DNA from: Candidatus Thalassarchaeum betae
GTDB lineage: Archaea > Thermoplasmatota > Poseidoniia > Poseidoniales > Thalassarchaeaceae
NCBI GenBank assembly: GCA_003193925.1
Contig: PSPG01000012.1
Span: 32,756-96,755 of the forward strand
Direction of reading: 5' to 3'
Length of the DNA stretch: 64,000 nt
The position numbers and the translations under genes were made by a program. The notes beneath the pieces are model-generated. The model was not told where the DNA came from and did not search any database. It saw only the letters and a program-made list of their open reading frames with translations. Below are positions 57,151-64,000 of the stretch, in pieces; position 1 is the stretch's first letter; each line of letters begins with the position of its first letter.

Positions 57151-57674
57151 GCACGGAGGCGAACGCTATGCTCGCGCCTGCCATCACCAAGGTCACCGTG
57201 AACATCGGAGTCGGCGAGGGCGGCCAGCGCCTGCAGCTCGCCGAGAGGGTACTCGAACTGCTGACCGACATGAAGCCGGTGCGAACGCTGGCCACCCAGA
57301 CCAACCGCGACCTCGGCACCCGCAGGGGGGCCCCCATCGGCTGCAAGGTCACGATTCGCGAGCAGGACGCCATCCAGTCGTTCCTCAAGGATGCCTTCTG
57401 GGTCCGCCAGAACACCCTTCCTGCGTACAACTTTGACTCACAGGGCAACCTGTCGTTTGGAATCTCGGACTACACCGACTTCCCGAAGCAGAAGTACGAC
57501 CCGGACATCGGCATCTACGGGATGGATGTCAACATCGTTCTCGAGAGGCCGGGTCACCGCGTATCACGCCGACGCCAGCGCAGTTCCAGGGTTGCACTCA
57601 GCCACCGTGTCAGCCGCGACGAGTGCAAGCAGTGGTTCGCGGAGCGTTACGAGCTCGAGATCGTGGAGGAGTGA
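57147..57674 (+). CDS. rpl5: Ribosomal protein uL5
   Basis: 175 aa with NIGVGEGG...MDVNIV motifs. Confidence 0.9.
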   Translation: MSTEANAMLAPAITKVTVNIGVGEGGQRLQLAERVLELLTDMKPVRTLATQTNRDLGTRRGAPIGCKVTIREQDAIQSFLKDAFWVRQNTLPAYNFDSQGNLSFGISDYTDFPKQKYDPDIGIYGMDVNIVLERPGHRVSRRRQRSSRVALSHRVSRDECKQWFAERYELEIVEE

Positions 57675-57679
57675 GAGGA

Positions 57680-57832
57680 ATGGCACATACTCACGGAAAG
57701 GACATCGGGCGATCCGACGGCTGCCGCCGCTGCGGCCGCAAGAGGGGCATGATTCGACGTCACGGCCTGAGGCTGTGCCGGCAGTGCTTCCGCGAAGTAG
57801 CTCCCGATATAGGATTCAAGAAGTACTCATGA
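57680..57832 (+). CDS. rps14: Ribosomal protein uS14 (zinc-binding type Z)
   Basis: 50 aa [39 protein letters not shown] with a C4 zinc motif. Confidence 0.9.
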   Translation: MAHTHGKDIGRSDGCRRCGRKRGMIRRHGLRLCRQCFREVAPDIGFKKYS

Positions 57833-57833
57833 G

Positions 57834-58232
57834 GTGAAATATATGCAGTTCGACCCCCTAAGTGACGCATTTACACAGATATTCAACGCTGAGCAAGCAG
57901 GACACTACGAAGTGACCGTCAACCCGGCCAGCAAGATGCTGGGAAGCATGCTCTCCATAATGCAGACCTCCGGTTACGTCGGGGAGTACGAGAGGATCGA
58001 CAACGGACGCGGTGGGGCCTACCGCATCGAACTCATCGGAGCCATCAACCGCTGCGGGGTCATCAAGCCGCGACACTCCGTCAAGCGCGCCGAGTTCGAC
58101 AAGTGGGAGTCCAGGTACCTGCCTGCCCGCGACTTCGGCCTGCTCATCCTAACCACCAATCAAGGCGTCATGAACCACTACGACGCCAAGAAGGAGAGAG
58201 TCGGCGGACGACTTCTCGCTTACATTTTCTGA
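57834..58232 (+). CDS. rps8: Ribosomal protein uS8
   Basis: DPLSDAFT...N and the S8 C-terminal GGRLLAY motif. Confidence 0.9.
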   Translation: MKYMQFDPLSDAFTQIFNAEQAGHYEVTVNPASKMLGSMLSIMQTSGYVGEYERIDNGRGGAYRIELIGAINRCGVIKPRHSVKRAEFDKWESRYLPARDFGLLILTTNQGVMNHYDAKKERVGGRLLAYIF

Positions 58233-58245
58233 AGGAGGGAGCAAG

Positions 58246-58797
58246 TTGCCTAAGCTAGACCACATCTCGCACTCCATCGCACTCCCCGAGGGCGCGAGCG
58301 CGAGCATCGACGACGACGTCGTGACCATCTCGAAGGACGGCGAGTCGCTGTCCCGAGAGTTCCGCCACCACAGGGTGGAGATCAGGTCCGCCGAGGGCGG
58401 CCTGGAGGTCTTCGTCAACCTGCCTCGCCGCTCCGACAAGGCACTGGCGGGAACCTGGGCAGCCCATCTGCGCAACATGGCTCGCGGCGTCGACGAGGGC
58501 TTCGAGTACCGCCTCAAGGCCGTCTTCAGTCACTTCCCGATGAGCCTCAAGGTGGAGAGCAAGCAGTTCACCATCAGCAACCTGTTCGGGGAGAAGGTCC
58601 CTCGGGTCGCCAAGCTGCCCTGGACACCTGCCGAGGTCGAGGTGCGCGTCGAGAACAAGACCGATGTCGTAGTGAAGGGCGCGGACCGCGAGAAGGTCGG
58701 ACAGACCGCCGCCAACATCGAGCGCGCGTGCAGAATCAAGAAGCGAGACAGGCGCGTCTTCCAGGACGGCGTCTACATCGTCTCGAAGGGAGCATGA
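58246..58797 (+). CDS. rpl6: Ribosomal protein uL6
   Basis: 183-aa protein with two L6 alpha/beta repeats. Confidence 0.9.
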   Translation: MPKLDHISHSIALPEGASASIDDDVVTISKDGESLSREFRHHRVEIRSAEGGLEVFVNLPRRSDKALAGTWAAHLRNMARGVDEGFEYRLKAVFSHFPMSLKVESKQFTISNLFGEKVPRVAKLPWTPAEVEVRVENKTDVVVKGADREKVGQTAANIERACRIKKRDRRVFQDGVYIVSKGA

Positions 58798-58809
58798 GGA
58801 GGAAGTGAG

Positions 58810-59457
58810 ATGACGGAATACGAGGAAATGACCGTCGCCCAACTGAAGGACGTGCTCCGCGAGCGTGGCCTGCCCGTCTCAGGCAGGAAGGCCGAACTCA
58901 TCGAGAGGCTCCAGGAGGCACCTGAGGAGGAGGCCCCTGAGGCCACCGACGAGGACGTCGATGACTTCGACGAAGACTTCGATGCCGACGACGAGTTCTT
59001 CGACGACGAGTGGGACGACTTCCACGTCGCTCGCCAAAAGCCGGTCCTAGACGAATCCACGATCTCCGACATCGAGATCCTCAACGCCCAGAAGAAGAAG
59101 CAACCCGCCTTCCGCAGACAGGAGTGGTTCCGCTACAGGAGACTCTCCAAGACCGGCTGGAGGAAGCCGAAGGGCATGCACTCCAAGCAGCGCACCAACC
59201 GCAAGTACCGCTCGCCCGTTGTCCGCATCGGCTACAGGAAGATAGCCTCGGTCAGAGGCCTGCACCCATCCGGCTTCGAGGAGGTGCTCATCCACAAGCC
59301 CGGCGAGCTCGAAGGCATCGACCCGGAGCGCCAGGCCGTTCGAATCGGTTCCAGGGTGGGCAACAGGAAGAGGATGCAGATCCACGACCGCGCTGACGAC
59401 CTCGGCCTCAGGATCCTCAACCGCAGGCGCATAGAGCGCAGGGGGGACTTGCTGTGA
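58810..59457 (+). CDS. rpl32e: Ribosomal protein eL32 fused to an N-terminal SAP-like domain and acidic linker
   Basis: C-terminal QKKKQPAFRRQEWFRYRRL...WRKPKG is the L32e core. N-terminal MTVAQLKDVLRERGLPVSGRKAELIERL matches the SAP motif, followed by a D/E/F-rich linker. Confidence 0.85.
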   Translation: MTEYEEMTVAQLKDVLRERGLPVSGRKAELIERLQEAPEEEAPEATDEDVDDFDEDFDADDEFFDDEWDDFHVARQKPVLDESTISDIEILNAQKKKQPAFRRQEWFRYRRLSKTGWRKPKGMHSKQRTNRKYRSPVVRIGYRKIASVRGLHPSGFEEVLIHKPGELEGIDPERQAVRIGSRVGNRKRMQIHDRADDLGLRILNRRRIERRGDLL

Positions 59458-59930
59458 ATATTACGAACCAGAAGCGCATGGCCGCCGCGATCCTCTCTCA
59501 GAGGCAGGGTCGCGAAGTCGGCGTCCACCGCGTCTGGATACACCCGGACTACCTCGACGAGGTTTCTGGCGCGGTCCAGAAGGACGACGTCCGCAATCTC
59601 ATCGAAGAGGGTCTGATCAAGGCCAAGCCGATTCAGGGGACGAGCCGCTCCCGCGCCCGCAAGGCAGCAGCACAGAGGGCCAAGGGGCGCCGCAAGGGGC
59701 ACGGCTCGCGCAAGGGCAGCGCCAACTCTCGCAATCCCAGGAAGGCGCGCTGGATGAGCCTCATCCGGGCGCAGCGCAGGGAGCTCAAGGAGTTGCGCGC
59801 CGACGAGTCGCTCAATCCCTCGCAGTACAGGTACTACTACCGCAAGTCGAAGGGCGGCTCATACCGCTCCATCGGGCACATGCGCTCTAACATCGAACTC
59901 GATGGGATCAAGCTGGGAGGCGGGAAGTGA
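59454..59930 (+). CDS. rpl19e: Ribosomal protein eL19
   Basis: GTG start overlapping the L32e stop; KRMAA.IL motif. Confidence 0.85.
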   Translation: MNITNQKRMAAAILSQRQGREVGVHRVWIHPDYLDEVSGAVQKDDVRNLIEEGLIKAKPIQGTSRSRARKAAAQRAKGRRKGHGSRKGSANSRNPRKARWMSLIRAQRRELKELRADESLNPSQYRYYYRKSKGGSYRSIGHMRSNIELDGIKLGGGK

Positions 59931-60436
59931 TGGCACACGGCAAGAGCCAGAGGCTCCGCTTCAAGCGCCGACGCAACGGCAAGACCGACTACCGCCGCCG
60001 CATGAGGATGCTCAGGGGCGGAGTCCCCAGGGCAGTCGTGCGATTGTCCAACACACAAGTGACCTGCCAACTGGTCGAGTTCGGCATGGAAGGGGACAGG
60101 ATCCTCGCTTCGGTCAACGGCAAGAGCCTCGCCAAGTACGGTTGGCCGGCCGGCGCTTCGAGGAAGTCCGTGCCCGCCTGCTACGTCGCGGGCTACGCTC
60201 TGGCCAAGTCGGCCACGGCCGACGGCCACGGCGAGGCCATTCTTGACATCGGACTCGCCGCATCGTCACCCGGTAGTCGGGTCTTCGCAGCCCTCAGGGG
60301 CATGGTCGACGCCGGTCTCGACATCCCTCACGGCGAGGGCGTCCTGCCAGATGACGACAGGATCAACGGCACGCACATCGACGAATCGATAGCCGCCGCA
60401 GTCGAGGCGGCCAGGAAAGCGATAGAGGAGGCTTAG
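59930..60436 (+). CDS. rpl18: Ribosomal protein uL18
   Basis: MAHGKSQRLRFKRRRNGKTDYRRR N-terminus typical of archaeal L18. Confidence 0.9.
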   Translation: MAHGKSQRLRFKRRRNGKTDYRRRMRMLRGGVPRAVVRLSNTQVTCQLVEFGMEGDRILASVNGKSLAKYGWPAGASRKSVPACYVAGYALAKSATADGHGEAILDIGLAASSPGSRVFAALRGMVDAGLDIPHGEGVLPDDDRINGTHIDESIAAAVEAARKAIEEA

Positions 60437-60438
60437 TG

Positions 60439-61227
60439 ATGAGTGAAGAGGAGATGACTGAAGCCACTGCCACTGAGGAGGCAAAGCCCCCCCTGGCACC
60501 CGGCCTCGAAATGGCCCTTGCTCCTCCGGAGGAGCAGGAGGGCGATGCGCGACGCCGACGCGGCCCGGACCCGCTGGCCGGTCTGAGGGTATGGCAGCCA
60601 CGCACCCGTCTGGGCCGGATGGTGAGGAACGGGCAGGTCTACACCTACGAGCAGGCCATCGACACCGGTCTGCCGATACGCGAGGTCGAGATCGTCGACG
60701 CGCTGCTCCCCGAACTGACCGACGACGTGCTCTCGGTCAACATGATCCAGAGGATGACCGACTCGGGCCGCAGGGTCCGGTTCAACGTCCTCTGCGTCGT
60801 CGGCAACGGCGACGGCTACGTCGGACTCTCCGTATGCAAGGGCAAGGAGGTCGCAAGCACCATCCGCAAGGCCATCGACAGGGCCAAGCTCAATCTGATT
60901 CCAGTGATGCGAGGAAACGGCTCATGGGAGTCCTCAGAGGGTCCCGGCAACAGCGTCCCGTTCAAGGTGACCGGGCGCTCGGGCTCCACCCGCGTCACCC
61001 TGATGCCCTCCCCTATGGGGAAGGGTCTGGTCATCGGTGACTACGGCCGCCGCGTCCTGAACCTCGCGGGAATCACCGATGTATGGTCGCGCACTGCCGG
61101 CCAGACCCGGACAACCATCAACTTCGCTCGCGCGACCTTCAACGCGCTCATCGAGCTGAACCTCACTCGAATCACCGACGAGGACCGACGTCGGCTGAAC
61201 ATCACCAAGGGGAGGACGATGAGATGA
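60439..61227 (+). CDS. rps5: Ribosomal protein uS5 with an acidic N-terminal extension
   Basis: dsRBD-like and S5 C-domain (GNGDGYVGL..KGKEV..IRKAI). The first ~50 aa are Glu/Ala/Pro-rich. Confidence 0.9.
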   Translation: MSEEEMTEATATEEAKPPLAPGLEMALAPPEEQEGDARRRRGPDPLAGLRVWQPRTRLGRMVRNGQVYTYEQAIDTGLPIREVEIVDALLPELTDDVLSVNMIQRMTDSGRRVRFNVLCVVGNGDGYVGLSVCKGKEVASTIRKAIDRAKLNLIPVMRGNGSWESSEGPGNSVPFKVTGRSGSTRVTLMPSPMGKGLVIGDYGRRVLNLAGITDVWSRTAGQTRTTINFARATFNALIELNLTRITDEDRRRLNITKGRTMR

Positions 61228-61694
61228 CTTTCCTGGTGATACGCGTACGAAGCGACCGCGGCGTCAGGCCGAAGATCCGCGATACCATGTCGATGCTGAA
61301 CCTCACTCGCGTCAACCACGCCGTGCTGGTTCCCGACACCCCTGCCTACGCCGGGATGCTCCGCAAGGCCAAGGACTACGTCACTTGGGGGGAGATCGAG
61401 GCCGGCACCATCGCCAACCTGCTTTCGGAGCGTGGCCGGATGACCGGCGACAAGCCCGTCAACGATGCGGTGATCAAAGCAGGCAGCGAATACTCCACCA
61501 TCAAGGCGCTCGCCGAGGCGATTGCTTCTGGTGAGGCCAAGACGGGCGACGTCGACGGGCTCAAACCGGTCTTCCGCCTGCACCCGCCCAGGGGCCCCAA
61601 GGGCTGGGGTGGCATCAAGCGCAGCTTCTCCGTCGGCGGCGCCCTCGGCTTCCGGGGCGAGGCCATCGCCGACTTGGCCGGAAGAATGATCTGA
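61224..61694 (+). CDS. rpl30: Ribosomal protein uL30
   Basis: MTFLVIRVRSDRGVRPKIRDTMSMLNL ferredoxin-like N-domain. ATGA overlap with S5. Confidence 0.85.
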   Translation: MTFLVIRVRSDRGVRPKIRDTMSMLNLTRVNHAVLVPDTPAYAGMLRKAKDYVTWGEIEAGTIANLLSERGRMTGDKPVNDAVIKAGSEYSTIKALAEAIASGEAKTGDVDGLKPVFRLHPPRGPKGWGGIKRSFSVGGALGFRGEAIADLAGRMI

Positions 61695-61703
61695 GGTTCT
61701 CAC

Positions 61704-62129
61704 ATGGTTTCACGCACTAACAAGTTCCGGGGACGCAGCCGCTACCACGGCCGCGGCAAGAAGGCCGGCCGGGGCGCTGGCAAGCGCGGCGGCCGAGGCA
61801 ACGCGGGGATCAACAAGCACCGATTGATGACCCGTCTGAAGTACATGCCAGGACACTTGGGCATGTTCGGCTTCAACCGACACCCCAGCCTGCGCAGCAT
61901 CAACGTCTCGATCAACGTCCAGGAGGTCCAGAACCTAGCAGATGGCGACTCCATCGATCTCGGGGAGGCTGGCTATGACAAGCTCCTCGGCAAGGGTCGG
62001 ATCGACCGCGCCGTCCACATCACCGTGGCCGAGGCGAGCGCACGTGCAATCGAGAAGGTCGAGGCTGCGGGCGGCTCGGTGAGCATCGGGGACGACGATA
62101 ATGACCGGGGCGAGTGGGAAGAGGAGTGA
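61704..62129 (+). CDS. rpl15: Ribosomal protein uL15
   Basis: Gly/Arg-rich N-terminus RGRSRYHGRGKKAGRGAGKRGGRGNAG. Confidence 0.9.
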   Translation: MVSRTNKFRGRSRYHGRGKKAGRGAGKRGGRGNAGINKHRLMTRLKYMPGHLGMFGFNRHPSLRSINVSINVQEVQNLADGDSIDLGEAGYDKLLGKGRIDRAVHITVAEASARAIEKVEAAGGSVSIGDDDNDRGEWEEE

Positions 62130-62134
62130 GCCCG

Positions 62135-64000
62135 ATGGTTGAGCGCCGACCGAATGCGATTGGCCTCGCAATCGTGGCCACCGTTTACTGGGGAGCTCTG
62201 TTCTACTGGCTGAGGGATGATCTCCTCGATGGGGCTGCGGACGAGCAGACCCGCGCGCTCAAGATGTTCCTCGTCTCGTTCCCTTACGTCGGTTACATCA
62301 TGTGGAGCTCGATGACCGACCTGCCTGAGAACATCCGGGAGATCCCATACATCGGCAGGGCGCTGAAGCCAGTGCTTTGGCTCCTATTCGTCATCGTACT
62401 CGCCTACTGGGGCTGGGTCGACGAGGCAGCGGTCGGCTTCCTGCTGGTCGGTGTCGCTCTGCTCGGACTGGGCGCAGCGCTCGCGCTGACGTGCCTGCTG
62501 TACACAGGAACCGAGTCGAGCCGACTCTACGGTATGTCGCGCTTGGTCGACGTCTACCCCAGCATCACCAAACCCGAGGGGCACGTCCGATTCAACCAGA
62601 AACTGTGGACCACCATTCTCGTCCTGATCATCTACTTCATGATGACCAACGTGATGATCTACGGTGTATCCGAATCGACCCTCGACATCTTCTCGTCGTT
62701 CCGAGCCATCATGGCGGGAGCCGCGGGTTCGATCATGCACCTAGGAATCGGGCCGATCGTCACCGGCTCGATCATCATGCAGCTGTTCGCCGGTGCGAAG
62801 ATCATCAATCTCGACATGCAGGACTCCGGCGACAAGCAGCTGTACCAAGGGGTCCAGAAACTGCTCGTGCTGTTCATGATCCCAATCGAGTCGATCCCGC
62901 AGGTCTACGGCTTCCTCGATCCGAGCGAGTCCCTCATACTCGGGTTCGGCATAGGATGGGCAAACGCCATCATCGTCGCCCAGTTGTTCCTAGGCTCGTA
63001 TCTCGTGTTCCTGCTGGACGAGCTGGTGAGCAAGTGGGGGATCGGCAGCGGTATCTCGCTGTTCATCGCCGCAGGCGTCGCCCAGTCGACCTTCGTCGGC
63101 ACCCTGTCCCCCCTGCCCACCGTCAAGGGCGTTCCCCTGTCTTTCGACAACCCGCCTTCCGGCGTCCTGCCGATGATCTTCTACACGCTGCGCACTGCGA
63201 CCAACTCGCAACTGGTCTCGCAGAACGGCTTTGAGCTGATTCTGCTCAATCACGCCAACCCGGTAGCAGCGCTTGTCTCCTCGATCATCGTGTTCCTAGT
63301 GGTAGCGTTCGCTGAATCGAGCAAGCTCGAGCTGCCGCTCACTCACGGCAAGGTCCGCGGGCACAGGGGGCAGTACCCGATTCGCCTCGTCTACGCGAGC
63401 AACATTCCAGTGATTCTGATGGCCGCTCTGCTGGCCAACGTCAACATGTTCACTCTCCTGTTCTGGAGCCACCCCGTCCTGTCCACCGTTCCGATATTAG
63501 GTCGGAACGGCGCTTGGAGCAAGGCGCACTGGTTCGGTGCCTACGAGGTCGGAGCGACCACTCCCTCGGACGGCTTCGCCTGGTACTCCTCCATGGTCAA
63601 CGGCGTGGGCGACTGGCTCATACCGCTGCTGAACCAGACAGGCGACGCCTACGGTCATAGCCTAAGCCAGATCATGATCCACGTCTTCGTCTACGTCTTC
63701 TTCATGACCGCCGGCTCCACCGTCTTCGCCAAGTTCTGGATCGAGACCACGAACATGGGCGCCAAGGACGTCGCCAAGCAGATCGAGAGGACCGGTATGC
63801 AGATTCCCGGGTTCCGCAAGAACCCGGTCGTGCTCGAGCGCATCCTCGAGCGCTACATCCCGCCTGTGACCCTGTTCTCCGGTGCCTTCGTGGGGCTGCT
63901 CGCATCCGGCGCTGACCTGCTCGGGACGGTGGGCAACGCGACCGGCACCGGACTGCTGCTGGCCGTAGGCATAATCCTGCGAACCTACGAGCAGATCCAG
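62135..64000 (+). CDS. secY: Preprotein translocase SecY (partial, runs off the window) with a 133-aa, four-helix N-terminal extension
   Basis: The canonical archaeal SecY begins around NQKLWTTILVLIIYFMMTNV (residue ~145). Upstream, in the same frame with no stop, lie four additional hydrophobic helices starting at the ATG 6 nt after rpl15. It is not in the ORF track because it leaves the window. Confidence 0.85.
   Translation, partial: MVERRPNAIGLAIVATVYWGALFYWLRDDLLDGAADEQTRALKMFLVSFPYVGYIMWSSMTDLPENIREIPYIGRALKPVLWLLFVIVLAYWGWVDEAAVGFLLVGVALLGLGAALALTCLLYTGTESSRLYGMSRLVDVYPSITKPEGHVRFNQKLWTTILVLIIYFMMTNVMIYGVSESTLDIFSSFRAIMAGAAGSIMHLGIGPIVTGSIIMQLFAGAKIINLDMQDSGDKQLYQGVQKLLVLFMIPIESIPQVYGFLDPSESLILGFGIGWANAIIVAQLFLGSYLVFLLDELVSKWGIGSGISLFIAAGVAQSTFVGTLSPLPTVKGVPLSFDNPPSGVLPMIFYTLRTATNSQLVSQNGFELILLNHANPVAALVSSIIVFLVVAFAESSKLELPLTHGKVRGHRGQYPIRLVYASNIPVILMAALLANVNMFTLLFWSHPVLSTVPILGRNGAWSKAHWFGAYEVGATTPSDGFAWYSSMVNGVGDWLIPLLNQTGDAYGHSLSQIMIHVFVYVFFMTAGSTVFAKFWIETTNMGAKDVAKQIERTGMQIPGFRKNPVVLERILERYIPPVTLFSGAFVGLLASGADLLGTVGNATGTGLLLAVGIILRTYEQIQ

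Noticed and set aside
62377-63234. 285-aa plus-strand ORF in an alternative frame inside secY.
   Set aside because: The secY frame (from 62135) is open to the window end and carries the conserved SecY sequence. This ORF is an Arg/Pro/His-rich out-of-frame artefact.

Overview
This is a 64 kb high-GC (roughly 60-65%) chromosomal segment that is clearly archaeal. It ends in a canonical archaeal ribosomal-protein super-operon: L3-L4-L23-L2-S19-L22-S3-L29-SUI1-Rpp29-S17-L14-L24-S4e-L5-S14-S8-L6-L32e-L19e-L18-S5-L30-L15-SecY. It also carries ABCE1, a thermosome subunit, a Hef helicase/nuclease and an intron-containing tRNA-Trp. The gene content fits a protein-degrading marine euryarchaeon (Thermoplasmatota / Marine Group II-like), with a secreted subtilisin, an Opp peptide transporter, a D-amino-acid oxidase and a split glutamate synthase. 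Acidic ribosomal-protein tails leave a halophile-related lineage possible; the taxonomy cannot be settled from sequence alone.

Reading left to right the window holds:
- a partial Rieske oxygenase, GrpE and ABCE1
- a tandem pair of squalene/phytoene-synthase-family genes (HpnC/HpnD-like)
- succinyl-CoA synthetase (sucDC), a sugar-1-phosphate nucleotidyltransferase and archaeal triosephosphate isomerase
- an unlisted eL41-like mini-ORF, tRNA-Arg(TCT), a SprT-like zinc peptidase and tRNA-Ala(GGC)
- an oppABCDF-like operon whose substrate-binding protein has Cys-containing N-terminal repeats and whose OppD ATPase carries predicted transmembrane insertions
- an MFS transporter
- a 260-bp AT-rich control region followed by a permuted three-gene archaeal glutamate synthase
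- a D-amino-acid-oxidase-family gene
- a roughly 3 kb low-GC island (CPBP/Abi-type intramembrane protease plus two membrane proteins)
- a DUF92 membrane protein
- large C-terminally anchored surface proteins, including an S8 protease and a 1157-aa protein with a (PE)n tract
- tRNA-Trp(CCA) with a 112-nt intron carrying box C/D-like motifs and a guide complementary to the anticodon loop
- an aspartate aminotransferase and the thermosome
- a ferredoxin-fused SdhB-like protein and an HdrB-like protein that both lack canonical cluster cysteines
- Hef, then the ribosomal cluster ending in a SecY with a 133-aa N-terminal extension.

I saw no CRISPR array, rRNA, transposase or integrase. Most long minus-strand ORFs in the six-frame track are antisense artefacts of the high GC content.
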